The notes below the pieces were generated by a model. It did no database searches. It was not told the origin of the DNA and saw only the letters and a list, made by a program, of their open reading frames with translations. From Thermotogales bacterium (GTDB taxonomy: Bacteria > Thermotogota > Thermotogae > Petrotogales > Kosmotogaceae), in assembly GCA_003561215.1 (NCBI GenBank), contig PWXG01000008.1, positions 1,114 through 65,113 on the forward strand: DNA of 64,000 bases, in the 5' to 3' direction. Both the position numbers and the translations under genes were made by a program. Of the stretch, positions 27,903 through 37,611 are shown piece by piece (the first letter of the stretch is position 1; each line of letters starts with the position of its first letter).

Positions 27903-29456
27903 TTACCAGGTCAGATCGAGCACCCCGTCTTTCGCCGATTCAAGAATGTCAATCCACTTCTGACTCAGCTCAAGATTCAAAGTGATGTCGAGAGTTTCGA
28001 TGATCAGTTCTCTGAATTCGCTAAGGAGCTCATCAGAGACTCCCTCTTCCGTGTACATGAAGAGTTCATCCAAGAAGAATTCTACGTTTGCGTATATGCT
28101 CGACATGAGGTCGTCTTCGCCGTAGTGATCGAGATACTGTTCAAGAAAACCAGGCGTTCGAAGCAATTCCGTGAACTCCCTGAGGCTTCTAAGGACTATA
28201 CCGGCGATGAATTCGGGATCGTCCTGATGAAGATCGACTGCATAGTCCAGGATCATCTGTGACTCAGGAAGGAGTTCGTAAAGGTGGTTGACTGCGAGCA
28301 TGTAATCAGCATCTCGTGTCATGTCGAGTTCTGCGCTTATCTGTACGAAGAGGGCGATTGGGAAGATTCTGGAATCAGGATCAATAAGCCCGTTCTGGAA
28401 AACGAGTTCCACCAGTTCGTCACGAAAATCTGCAAGAGAGGAAGGATCCACTGCAACTCCAACATATCTCTCATAGAGCTTGATGTCAGGATCAAGTAAC
28501 TCCATGGCAAAAGAAGTTTCTTCAAGGTAATCAGAGAACCAGTCTTCAAATTCCACCTGCCTGTAGAAATCAACGAACTCTTCATATTCTTGAGTGCCGG
28601 GTTGAAGCTGTTCAAAAGACTCAAGCAGGAATCTCTCTTCGACCAATATCAAATGGAAACCAAACTGCGTTTCAACAGGACCGTAGATTTCACCGATTGG
28701 GGCGCTGAAAGAAGCTTCCTCAAAGGGTTCAATCATCTGTCCTCTGCCGAACACACCAAGCATTCCTCCCTCGGCTCCCGAGTGTGTGTCAGTCGAATAC
28801 TCGTAAGCGGCATCCTCGAAGGCTATCAAACCATCTTCAATACGTTCTTTGATATTAACTGCGAGATCTTCAGAGTCAACGAGTATGTGTTTCGCACTTA
28901 CGTACTCAAGCTCTGACCTTATATATTCCTTGTTCGTCTCAAAAAAATCGCCCAGGGCTTCTTCTGAGATGTCTACTACATGATCATAGACCTTCTCGTA
29001 CTTGAGCATTTCAAAGACTGAATCACGTATGAGGGTTTCGAACTGCTCGATAGAGCCATACATCATCTCAATCTGCATCATCATCATCTCGTCGCTCATA
29101 TAGAACTCGAGCAATTGTTCAGCTTCTGCATCAACCTCTTCTTTCGTGGGGATCAGATCGTTCGACGCAGCAAAGTAGCTTAAGATCTTCTCTTCGTAGA
29201 GGAACTCTAGAAGAATACTCGAAATGCCGATCTCACTCGGCAGATAAGGTGTATCGAAGTATTTTTCCGCTGCGTATCCCTGGTCTTCAAGATTAGCCAG
29301 CGTTTGCTGAAGAATCTGGTCCAGCTCACCGCTGGCTATCCAGAAGTCTTCTTCAAGCGGTAACCCCTCAATAGTTGTCTTTGCGACATAATCGTCTGCA
29401 GTGATGACTGCAGCCAAACAGATTATCACGAAAATAATTGCCGAAAACCGTTTCAT
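27903..29456 (-). CDS. secreted parvulin-type peptidyl-prolyl isomerase (SurA/PrsA-like) with long acidic C-terminal domain
   Basis: Signal/anchor MKRFSAIIFVIICLAAVITA. PpiC domain VSAKHILV...GGMLGVFGRGQMIEPFEEA...FGFHLILVEE. Start moved to ATG 29456 after GGGAGG. Confidence 0.8.
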   Translation of the reverse strand: MKRFSAIIFVIICLAAVITADDYVAKTTIEGLPLEEDFWIASGELDQILQQTLANLEDQGYAAEKYFDTPYLPSEIGISSILLEFLYEEKILSYFAASNDLIPTKEEVDAEAEQLLEFYMSDEMMMMQIEMMYGSIEQFETLIRDSVFEMLKYEKVYDHVVDISEEALGDFFETNKEYIRSELEYVSAKHILVDSEDLAVNIKERIEDGLIAFEDAAYEYSTDTHSGAEGGMLGVFGRGQMIEPFEEASFSAPIGEIYGPVETQFGFHLILVEERFLLESFEQLQPGTQEYEEFVDFYRQVEFEDWFSDYLEETSFAMELLDPDIKLYERYVGVAVDPSSLADFRDELVELVFQNGLIDPDSRIFPIALFVQISAELDMTRDADYMLAVNHLYELLPESQMILDYAVDLHQDDPEFIAGIVLRSLREFTELLRTPGFLEQYLDHYGEDDLMSSIYANVEFFLDELFMYTEEGVSDELLSEFRELIIETLDITLNLELSQKWIDILESAKDGVLDLTW

Positions 29457-29534
29457 CAATATGCCTCCCAACACGAAGTGTCAATACATGATAACATCTT
29501 ATGGATATGACGGCATTTTCAGAGGTGAGGTTTC

Positions 29535-29918
29535 TTGAAAAGGGAAGATCTTAACGAAGAATGGTTCGCGTCTGGGGAATGGAAATGGCTTGACCAAGAA
29601 GAAGCCACCAAGAATGGCGGTATGAAATCGCTAAAGCCTCAGGCCATATATTTCTTTTCACTTGATGGCAGTCATTCTTTTTGCAGAAGATTCAACAAGG
29701 AAGTTGACTTCAAGCAAAGTGTCGAAGCTCTCGGCCTCTGCAAGAAATGCGGTATGCGTTTCTGGACCTACAGAGCCGCTCAGATTTGTGTATTTATACC
29801 AACGCGCGCTTATTCAACACTGGAATCAAGCGAAGAAGCCAGGAAAATCGCAGCTTTTCCTGATACCCTGGATGCAGAAAAGGGCGTTGCCGACTTCGAG
29901 AGCAAAAAGTGGGAGTAG
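29535..29918 (+). CDS. hypothetical protein (127 aa)
   Basis: TTG start 4 nt after GAGGTGAGG. Trp-rich N-terminus (EEWFASGEWKWLD) and one CKKCG motif. I recognise no family. Confidence 0.5.
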   Translation: MKREDLNEEWFASGEWKWLDQEEATKNGGMKSLKPQAIYFFSLDGSHSFCRRFNKEVDFKQSVEALGLCKKCGMRFWTYRAAQICVFIPTRAYSTLESSEEARKIAAFPDTLDAEKGVADFESKKWE

Positions 29919-29937
29919 TCGGCAACACTGTTAAGAT

Positions 29938-31194
29938 CTAGAATTCTAGACTGAACTGGATCAATGGCGCTCGTTCCCTGAGAAATACCTGTGGCTCTAG
30001 CGAAATACCGATGGGTGTTTTCCAGTGGAACCCGATTCCAACTGCAGCGCCCAGAACTTCACTGTCTCCCAGAATCCCCTTCAAATAAAGCTTCGGAGTG
30101 AAGACGGCCATATCAAGCGTCTGCGCAAGCCCGAAAGTGCCTGTAAGTGGTATACCTATCCGGAATGTCTGCTCGACATAGTGTCTGGGATTGAATTCCA
30201 GGTCCTGCCAGATCACCTGACCGGGGAAGTATTGCTGAGTAACGGGGGGTGCCCCAAAAGGTGTTACAGCAATATTCGTCTCAGAAAGGACAAATAACTG
30301 AGCGATAATGCGATAATAGTAGTTGATCTGCGTGCTGAACCGACTAAAGAAACTGCTGTATTCATCGTAGGGATTCCAAGTGTACCCAAGATCAAGAAAC
30401 ACGTCGCCGAAGAGATTGCGTCTGAGCCTTTCGTAGTTGTAGGAGTCTCCAAACCTGTATCCGATTCCGACCATTATGTTACTGAACCGATCTGGTCCGA
30501 TGAAGAACCCGTCACCCACGTCCTCTGAATGGATCATAACTGACTCGCCGTCATCGGTTCTAAGCGTAACACTTTCATAGAGAAATTGAAGGATCAGCGC
30601 CGATGGTTCCAAATGATATGCAGACGACAATGTCAGGCGGTTCAGTGTCTTGAAGAAACTGTCTCGGTGCCAAGGGACTTCACTGAAAAGGAGTCCCCTG
30701 ATTCCCAGATCAATCGGCGAACCAAGAACCCTGGGAATTGTCATTCCTCCGACAGGCCCTCCCCAGAAGAGCTGAGGTCTCGGAAGAAAACCCCAGATAT
30801 CTCCATCGAACCTCAGGAAGCGAATTCCTGCGTATGTGTCTATTCCCAGACCAAGAAGATTCCTGTCGCCAACTCCAATCGCCATCATTGGACCAAAGTA
30901 AGGATAGAAGGTGCTTGTCTCCTTCACTGTTACGACCAGCCCGTAGTCATCTCCTTCTGGCACGACAGAGATGTAGACGTCTTCGAAATACCCCGAGTTT
31001 TCCAGATTTCGTTTCCCGAGGTAAAGATGCTCGATATCAAGAGCCATTCCTGGCTTGTAACCCACCAGCTGTGCAACAACAAAATCTCTGGTCTTCTCGT
31101 TTCCCTTTACTTCAAATCGGATGATTTGCTCTGCAGAGAATGACAGAATACAGATGAAACCAAACAGTGCCAAGAAGAAAAGCTGTCTCTTCAT
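29938..31194 (-). CDS. Omp85/BamA-family outer-membrane beta-barrel with a single POTRA domain
   Basis: Signal peptide. POTRA IRFEVKGNEKTRDFVVAQLVGYKPGMALD...NSGYFEDVYISV...GLVVTVKE. Barrel entry DRNLLGLG. C-terminal ...FSLEF. GAGGTG SD overlaps the upstream stop. Confidence 0.8.
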   Translation of the reverse strand: MKRQLFFLALFGFICILSFSAEQIIRFEVKGNEKTRDFVVAQLVGYKPGMALDIEHLYLGKRNLENSGYFEDVYISVVPEGDDYGLVVTVKETSTFYPYFGPMMAIGVGDRNLLGLGIDTYAGIRFLRFDGDIWGFLPRPQLFWGGPVGGMTIPRVLGSPIDLGIRGLLFSEVPWHRDSFFKTLNRLTLSSAYHLEPSALILQFLYESVTLRTDDGESVMIHSEDVGDGFFIGPDRFSNIMVGIGYRFGDSYNYERLRRNLFGDVFLDLGYTWNPYDEYSSFFSRFSTQINYYYRIIAQLFVLSETNIAVTPFGAPPVTQQYFPGQVIWQDLEFNPRHYVEQTFRIGIPLTGTFGLAQTLDMAVFTPKLYLKGILGDSEVLGAAVGIGFHWKTPIGISLEPQVFLRERAPLIQFSLEF

Positions 31195-31204
31195 TCGTCA
31201 CACC

Positions 31205-32452
31205 TCACTTAAGGAGTTGATTTACTCGATTGACTGCTAAAAGGAAAGCGATTTCCGGTTCTTCAACACCCTGTCGCACTCTCTCGACAGTGTTGAAAAG
31301 AATACTCCTGATTTCTATTATATTCTCGTGAACATGCCGAGGTCTTGCATAGGGGATGGCCTCAACAGGTGCTCTAAGTTGGGGAAAACGGCGCCATATC
31401 AGCTGAATCTCGATAGAATCGAGTGCTGATTTCTTCACTGGTATATAGCCGGTTCGTTCATACCACGTGAGTGTGTTCTTCTCTTCCACCATCCATTTGA
31501 CAAATGTCCAGGCTGCTTCACTCTTCTCATCAGAAACATGACTCATTATGGCCAGGGAACCGCCGCCTAACGTTGTAGCCTTCTCCTTGTTGCCGGGAAG
31601 CATGGCTACCCCCAGTTCCCAGGGAAGATTTTCAAGCCCGTAGCGGATTCCTGCGCTCGATACCGTTCCCATTGCGATTCTTCCCATGAGAAAAGACTGG
31701 ATTCCTTCTTCGATGGTCAGGTCTCGTGGAGAAAGACCCATGTCGAACCAGCTAGCCCATCTTTTCAGTGCGTCAATAGCCTCCTCAGAGTCTAGCAAGC
31801 ACCTGGTCATGTCTTCGTTGAATATGTCACCGCTATTTTGCCATACAAGGGGTTCAAATTGGTAGAACATAGGATCGACGCCCCAGAGAAGACCATATTG
31901 TACGGTACGACCTCGCCTTGCATCTACGACAGTTAGCTTGTGAGCCATTTCTTCGAGCTCGTCCCAAGTTTGAGGGGGTCTGTCGGGGTCGAGCCCGGCC
32001 TGTCTGAAAAGGTCCCTGTTGTAGTAAAGCATCAATACACTGATATTGAAAGGTATAGCATATGGTGTTCCATCCCTGATGATAGTCTGCCAGAATTCGT
32101 CGACGAAGTCCTCTGGAAAAAGCTCGGGATCTCTTTCGACAAGGTCTTCAAGAGACATCAAGGCTTCATCCTGCGTAAAAATCTGTATATGCTCGATATT
32201 GACCATTGCGAGGTCAGGTCCTGCACCAACCAATAGGGCGGATTTCATTTTCGTCACAGTCTCATCGTACGTTCCTTGATAATTAGCTCTCACACGGATT
32301 CCTGGATTAGTGCGGTTAAATTCCTCGATGAGCTGATCCAAAGGAAGCTTGGCGTAGTCGCCCATGGAGTGCCAGAACGAGAGGGTTATCTGTGAGAAAG
32401 CAACGATAGCAGCGAAAACAATGAATCCAAAAAATACCATTAACGCCTTCAT
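31205..32452 (-). CDS. ABC transporter substrate-binding protein (family 1, carbohydrate type)
   Basis: Signal peptide MKALMVFFGFIVFAAIVAFS, then TLSFWHSMG. Start moved to ATG 32452, with AAGGAGG 8 nt upstream. Confidence 0.85.
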   Translation of the reverse strand: MKALMVFFGFIVFAAIVAFSQITLSFWHSMGDYAKLPLDQLIEEFNRTNPGIRVRANYQGTYDETVTKMKSALLVGAGPDLAMVNIEHIQIFTQDEALMSLEDLVERDPELFPEDFVDEFWQTIIRDGTPYAIPFNISVLMLYYNRDLFRQAGLDPDRPPQTWDELEEMAHKLTVVDARRGRTVQYGLLWGVDPMFYQFEPLVWQNSGDIFNEDMTRCLLDSEEAIDALKRWASWFDMGLSPRDLTIEEGIQSFLMGRIAMGTVSSAGIRYGLENLPWELGVAMLPGNKEKATTLGGGSLAIMSHVSDEKSEAAWTFVKWMVEEKNTLTWYERTGYIPVKKSALDSIEIQLIWRRFPQLRAPVEAIPYARPRHVHENIIEIRSILFNTVERVRQGVEEPEIAFLLAVNRVNQLLK

Positions 32453-32471
32453 TAGCAAAACCTCCTTGTTT

Positions 32472-33296
32472 CTAGCCTTTCATTCCTGTCAGGGTAATCC
32501 CTTTTACAAACTGCTTCTGAGCAATAAAGTAGAGTATCAATATTGGCAGAGTCGAAATAACCGTTCCCGCCATGAACTCCCCCCACTGAATGCCGCCTTC
32601 TGTCCTGAACAATGCTAGCCCCAGCTGGATTGTACGCATTTCCGTGCTATCAACTATCAGCAAGGGCCAGAAGTAGTTGTTCCAGGACCACATAAAGACG
32701 AAGATCGAAATCGTTGCCAATGCAGGTTTTGAAAGCGGTATGAAAACGTATCGCAATATCCTGAGAGGTCCGCAGCCATCGATTATCGCGGCATCTTCAA
32801 AATCTTTCGGAATCGTCCTGAAGAATTGTCTGAGGAAGAAAATGGAGACTGCTGTGGCAGCGTAGGGCAGTATGAGTCCCTGATACGTGTCTCCCATTCC
32901 CAATCGCATGACAACCAGGTACTGCGGGATCATAAGTATCTGCTGAGGTATCATCATTGTTGCCAGAAAGAGGAAGAAAATAATCTCTCTGCCGCGAAAC
33001 CTCATACGGGCAAAAGCATACGCACTCAGACATGCGGTAACGAGTTGTAGAAATGTTGTACCAGCGGCAACAACAAGGCTGTTCAGAAGATAGCGGCCGA
33101 AGGGAGCCTTGCTGAACACACTGATGTAGTTGGAGAAAGTAGGATTGGTCGGGAACATGCCATAGGGTTCAAAGTATATATCCCTCAGTTCCTTGAACGA
33201 TGTGGATAACGCCCAGTAGAAGGGAAAAAGCATGATGATAGCACCAGCCGCCAAAACGGCGTATTTGATTGCTAGGGTTACATGTCTCTTAGTCAT
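32472..33296 (-). CDS. carbohydrate ABC transporter permease (MalG-like)
   Basis: EAA-type loop FEDAAIIDGCGPLRILRYVFIPL. Start moved to ATG 33296 (ATGACTAA overlap with the upstream stop). Confidence 0.85.
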   Translation of the reverse strand: MTKRHVTLAIKYAVLAAGAIIMLFPFYWALSTSFKELRDIYFEPYGMFPTNPTFSNYISVFSKAPFGRYLLNSLVVAAGTTFLQLVTACLSAYAFARMRFRGREIIFFLFLATMMIPQQILMIPQYLVVMRLGMGDTYQGLILPYAATAVSIFFLRQFFRTIPKDFEDAAIIDGCGPLRILRYVFIPLSKPALATISIFVFMWSWNNYFWPLLIVDSTEMRTIQLGLALFRTEGGIQWGEFMAGTVISTLPILILYFIAQKQFVKGITLTGMKG

Positions 33297-34224
33297 AATG
33301 AACCCTGCGCTCAATATACTTGAGCTGCATCAGAGTGATGATCAGAATCATCGAAAAGGCCAGAAATGCCATAGCTGATGCGTAACCAAACCGGTAGAAG
33401 GCAAAAGCTTGCTGATAGAGCCTGAATACGATCACCGAAGTTGTCTGCAGAGGACCTCCTTGCGGAGTCATTACCTGGACAGGACCAAAGACCTGGAAAG
33501 ACAGAATCGTGAACATGACTAGTAGGAAAAGGGTTGTAGGTGAGAGTAGAGGAAGGGTAATTCTCCTGAAAGACTTCCCCCAGTTTGCCCCATCGATCCT
33601 TGCTGCTTCATAGTAGGTTTGCGGAATCCCCTGAAGGCCCGCAAGGTAAACGACTGTCGCATATCCAATGTTCTGCCATATCCCCAGCAGGATAATCACT
33701 GTGAGTGCAACGCTTGGCCCCTGAAGAACGCGCGGGAGTTCAACGCCGAATCTGTCGAACAACAGCTGGAAGATACCATTGTAGTTCGTAAGCCAGTTGA
33801 CAGGCTCGCCTCCAAAAGAGTCTATCAAATGGTTGGCATAACCGAGTTGAGTGTGGAAGATCCAGCTGAACCCCATCGCCGCAGCAATAGGTGAAGTCAC
33901 AACCGGCATGAAGTAAATAGTGCGAAAGAAACCGACTCCCCGCATGCTCGAGTCTCTCAATAATAGCGCAAGCCCAAGCCCGATAACAAGCGAAACCGGC
34001 AGTACGCCAAGCACGTAGTAAACGGTATAGAGAACGGAGTTCCAGAAATCTGGTGACACAATTAGTGCTCTGTAGTTGCTCAATCCTACATAGGTTCGCG
34101 TCGCAGACAGATCCCATTGGGTGAAGCTGATCATGAACGAGTAAGCGAGAGGGTAAAACATGAAAATCCCCAGCACCAAAGCAGCAGGAAGGATAAAGAG
34201 ATAAGCGACGGCTCGCTTTTTCAC
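33289..34224 (-). CDS. carbohydrate ABC transporter permease (MalF-like)
   Basis: YEAARIDGANWGKSFRRITLPLL loop. GTG start 6 nt after GAGGTGAG. Confidence 0.85.
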   Translation of the reverse strand: MKKRAVAYLFILPAALVLGIFMFYPLAYSFMISFTQWDLSATRTYVGLSNYRALIVSPDFWNSVLYTVYYVLGVLPVSLVIGLGLALLLRDSSMRGVGFFRTIYFMPVVTSPIAAAMGFSWIFHTQLGYANHLIDSFGGEPVNWLTNYNGIFQLLFDRFGVELPRVLQGPSVALTVIILLGIWQNIGYATVVYLAGLQGIPQTYYEAARIDGANWGKSFRRITLPLLSPTTLFLLVMFTILSFQVFGPVQVMTPQGGPLQTTSVIVFRLYQQAFAFYRFGYASAMAFLAFSMILIITLMQLKYIERRVHYD

Positions 34225-34309
34225 AGAGTTCTCACCTCTATGCTTATGCTGATTATAGCACTGTATATAGTTATGAGTAAGAGAATTGCAGTACCTTTAT
34301 CGAGATCGA

Positions 34310-35260
34310 TTACCCTGAGACGATGGTTGTAAAAACGAAGGCGATATAGACAAAGAGGAGCAAGAAACCCGAAACGCGGCCAAACTGTCTGTCTTTGAGG
34401 CACAGGGGAATTAGTAAGAGGACTGAACCGATCATGAAGATGATCTCAAACAGGACACTCCTGTCGGCGACGATTGGTGAGACAATCGAAGCTAAACCAA
34501 GAACCAGTAGCAAGTTCATGATATTTGAGCCAAGCAGGTTTCCGAATGCGAGCGCACCGCTCTTCTTCAAACCTGCTGCAATTGTTGTTACAAGCTCAGG
34601 AAGTGATGTTCCGATGGCCACAACGGTCAACCCAACCAGCGTTTCCGATACTCCGAAGAACAGAGCGACGCTGGTTCCCGAACGTACAACGAGCTCACTT
34701 CCGATCACCACACCGGCGATACCCATGATAGTCAGCAGAAAAGGCTTTGCAAGGCCATGCGAAGATATTCCAGAATCATGGGTGGTGTTGAATAAGTTCT
34801 TTGAGTAGTCTCCAATTGCCATCTTTCCGGCATAAGCAAGGAAGATTACAAACAGGCAGAGGAGAATTGCCCCATCGAACCGAGTAAGCGCACTCCCTCT
34901 GAGCAGAAGAAGCATGCTCACAACTACAGATGAGAATAGGACGAAAGGGATCTCATAGATAATCGATGCTCTAGAGACCTTCACAGGTAGAATGAGAGAT
35001 CCAATGCCAAGAACAAGAGCGATGTTTGCCACATTGGAGCCAAGAACGTTTCCAACAGCAATCCCGGAATCCTTTAAAGCCGCGGAGATGCTGACGGCAA
35101 GCTCCGGCAGGCTGGTGCCAAACGCCACAATGGTTAGCCCGATTAGCAACTCCGAAAGACCGGATCTTCTTGAGATTAGCACAGCACTGTCGACAAGAAC
35201 ATCTGCACCCTTTATGAGCGCTAGAAAACCAGCTGTAAGAAGAACCAGGTTAATGACCAC
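34310..35260 (-). CDS. calcium/sodium antiporter (CaCA family, YrbG-like)
   Basis: Two alpha-repeats, GNVLGSNVANIALVLG and GNLLGSNIMNLLLVLG. Confidence 0.85.
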   Translation of the reverse strand: MVINLVLLTAGFLALIKGADVLVDSAVLISRRSGLSELLIGLTIVAFGTSLPELAVSISAALKDSGIAVGNVLGSNVANIALVLGIGSLILPVKVSRASIIYEIPFVLFSSVVVSMLLLLRGSALTRFDGAILLCLFVIFLAYAGKMAIGDYSKNLFNTTHDSGISSHGLAKPFLLTIMGIAGVVIGSELVVRSGTSVALFFGVSETLVGLTVVAIGTSLPELVTTIAAGLKKSGALAFGNLLGSNIMNLLLVLGLASIVSPIVADRSVLFEIIFMIGSVLLLIPLCLKDRQFGRVSGFLLLFVYIAFVFTTIVSG

Positions 35261-35273
35261 GAACGCTTCAGAT

Positions 35274-36458
35274 TTAGCTCAGTATCCCGAGTTCGATGCC
35301 GACTTTTCTGAACCTTTCAAGAGCAAAATCGAGATCACTCTCCGAATGTGCGGCGCTTATCATCACCCTTATTCGTTCCTTTCCTTTGGGCACAGTCGGA
35401 AAACCAATAGATTGGGCGAATAAACCTTCCTCGAAAAGACGGGAACTGAATGTAGAGGAAAGCTTGGCATCGTAGAGCATTACCGGGGTAATTGGTGTAC
35501 GCGTGGCGCCAAGTTCGAATCCCGTATCGATCATCCTGCTTTGAAAATAGCCAGTATTGTGCCACAGCTTCTTGACATGCTCGTCTGAATCAGCAAGAAG
35601 CCTGACTGCAGCAAGAGCGGCACCGGTTTCTGCGGGGGAAAGCGAGCTACTGAAAAGGAAAGGACGAGCTTTCTGTTTGAGATAGTCGATCAGCGTCATC
35701 TTTGCTGCAACAAAGCCGCCAACAACTCCAAAAGCCTTGGACAGAGTTCCAACTTCAATGTCTACCTTTCCATGAAGACCAAAGTGATCAACAATTCCTC
35801 TTCCCTTCTCCCCAAGAACGCCCTCGCCGTGCGCATCATCAACCATGAGAAGCGTGTCCTGACGCTCGCAAAGAGTAGCTATCTCAGGTAAGGGGGCAAG
35901 ATCTCCGTCCATGGAGAAGACGCCGTCAGTCACCACGAGCATCTTGCGAGCTCCTGCTTCTGCAGCTTCGTCGAGCTTCTCTTCAAGACTCTTTATATCA
36001 CGATGCTTCCATATATAGCGTTTTGCCCTGCATAGTCGAACTGCGTCGATGATGCTCGCATGATTAAGCTCGTCTGAGAGAACGGCATCGTTTTCGCCTA
36101 GTAATGCCGGTACTACGGCCTGATTTGCGTTAAAACCGGACTGAAGAACAAGGGAGGCTTCAACTTTCTTGAAGGCTGCAAGCTCCTTCTCCAGTACAGA
36201 ATGAATCTTCAACGTCCCGGCAATCGTTCTGACTGCCCCCGGACCAACGCCCCACTTTTTGATGGCTTCGATAGCGGCTTCCTTCATCTGATCGTTGAAG
36301 GCAAGACCAAGATAGTTGTTCGAGCACATGTTTAGAACCTTCTTGCCCTCTATCAATAGCCATGCTCCTTGCGGGCTTTCCAGAGTTCTTATGCGATTCA
36401 GCAATCCATTCTTCTTGAGCTCTTCAAGTTCCTTCACAAACTCCGTGTAATCAAACAC
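35274..36458 (-). CDS. kbl: glycine C-acetyltransferase (2-amino-3-ketobutyrate CoA ligase)
   Basis: [23 protein letters not shown] (PLP lysine). Start placed at GTG 36458, 5 nt after GAGGTGA. It overlaps the tdh stop by 8 nt. Confidence 0.9.
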   Translation of the reverse strand: MFDYTEFVKELEELKKNGLLNRIRTLESPQGAWLLIEGKKVLNMCSNNYLGLAFNDQMKEAAIEAIKKWGVGPGAVRTIAGTLKIHSVLEKELAAFKKVEASLVLQSGFNANQAVVPALLGENDAVLSDELNHASIIDAVRLCRAKRYIWKHRDIKSLEEKLDEAAEAGARKMLVVTDGVFSMDGDLAPLPEIATLCERQDTLLMVDDAHGEGVLGEKGRGIVDHFGLHGKVDIEVGTLSKAFGVVGGFVAAKMTLIDYLKQKARPFLFSSSLSPAETGAALAAVRLLADSDEHVKKLWHNTGYFQSRMIDTGFELGATRTPITPVMLYDAKLSSTFSSRLFEEGLFAQSIGFPTVPKGKERIRVMISAAHSESDLDFALERFRKVGIELGILS

Positions 36459-37515
36459 AAGTATCACCTCTTTCCAGGTTTAGTATAACCTTTCCTGATT
36501 CTCCGGTAATCATTGTCTGCATTGCCTCTTCCCACTCAGAGAAAGGAAACACGTGAGTAATTACCGGGGAGATATCGATACGCTCATTCTTGAGAAGGGC
36601 GGTGGCGGTCTGCCATGTATCGAACATCTTCCGGCCCGTAATTGAATGAAGGGTTACTCCCTTGAATGTCAGGAGAGAGTTGAAGTCAAGACTAACCCTC
36701 GAAGGGTAGAGACCCAGTATTGAAGCGGTTCCTCCGTTGGTAAGGCAGGAAAGACCCTCAATCAAGGCCGCTTCGCTACCGGACATCTCCAACAGCACAT
36801 CAGCACCGTTTCCGTCCGTAAGTTCGTGAACGACTGCGTTTACATTGTCATTCCTTGGATCGAGAACCACATCAGCCCCCATTTTGAGAGCCAGTTCCTT
36901 CCGTTTTTCCTGAAGTTCTGTCACGATAATGATGGCTGCCCCAAACAGCCTGGACAGGCCAACAGAAAAGGCTCCAATTGGACCAGCGCCGGTTATCAAG
37001 ACATTCATCCCCTTGAGATCCACGGGCGAGCAAGCATGCAAAGCGTTGCCGAAAGGCTCCATTACCGATGCGAAATCGACAGGAATGGATTCGTCAAGTC
37101 TCCATACAACGATCTCGGGGACCCTTACGTATTCGGCAAATACGCCGTCAATATCGACGCCGAGAATACTGAGATTCTTGCAGATATGCATTCTTCCCGT
37201 TCTACACTGAAGGCAGGAACCACAGGGTATGTGAGTTTCGGCGGTCACTCCGTTGCCTTCAGAGACGGAAGAGACGTTATCGCCGACTGCAACGACTTCT
37301 CCAAAGAACTCATGTCCTACGATCTGAGGGGGTTTTATTCGTTGCTGCGACCACTGGTCCCATGAGAATATATGTACATCCGTTCCACAGATCGACGCGC
37401 GCTTCACTCGAATAAGCACTTCATTTGCCTGGAGGGCTAGCGGGATCTCAACTTCCTTCATAGTGAAACCTTCTGTTCTCTCTGTTTTGACAAGAGCGTT
37501 CATGTACTTCTTCAT
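36451..37515 (-). CDS. tdh: L-threonine 3-dehydrogenase
   Basis: Zn-ADH pattern ASICGTDVH...GHEFFGEV...[10 protein letters not shown], and GAGPIG. Start placed at ATG 37515 after a G6 run. Confidence 0.9.
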   Translation of the reverse strand: MKKYMNALVKTERTEGFTMKEVEIPLALQANEVLIRVKRASICGTDVHIFSWDQWSQQRIKPPQIVGHEFFGEVVAVGDNVSSVSEGNGVTAETHIPCGSCLQCRTGRMHICKNLSILGVDIDGVFAEYVRVPEIVVWRLDESIPVDFASVMEPFGNALHACSPVDLKGMNVLITGAGPIGAFSVGLSRLFGAAIIIVTELQEKRKELALKMGADVVLDPRNDNVNAVVHELTDGNGADVLLEMSGSEAALIEGLSCLTNGGTASILGLYPSRVSLDFNSLLTFKGVTLHSITGRKMFDTWQTATALLKNERIDISPVITHVFPFSEWEEAMQTMITGESGKVILNLERGDTCV

Positions 37516-37611
37516 ATCCAAACCCCCCGTTGTGTTTGTACAATTCTATCGCAGAAGCTACGCAAGGACTATATCTACATGAGTGCATATGACGCAGAAT
37601 CTGGTCTATAA

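Noticed and set aside
33201-33209. Perfect E. coli-type DnaA box TGTGGATAA.
   Set aside because: It is a single copy inside a permease coding sequence. About 0.5 occurrences are expected by chance, and there is no cluster or AT-rich unwinding element.
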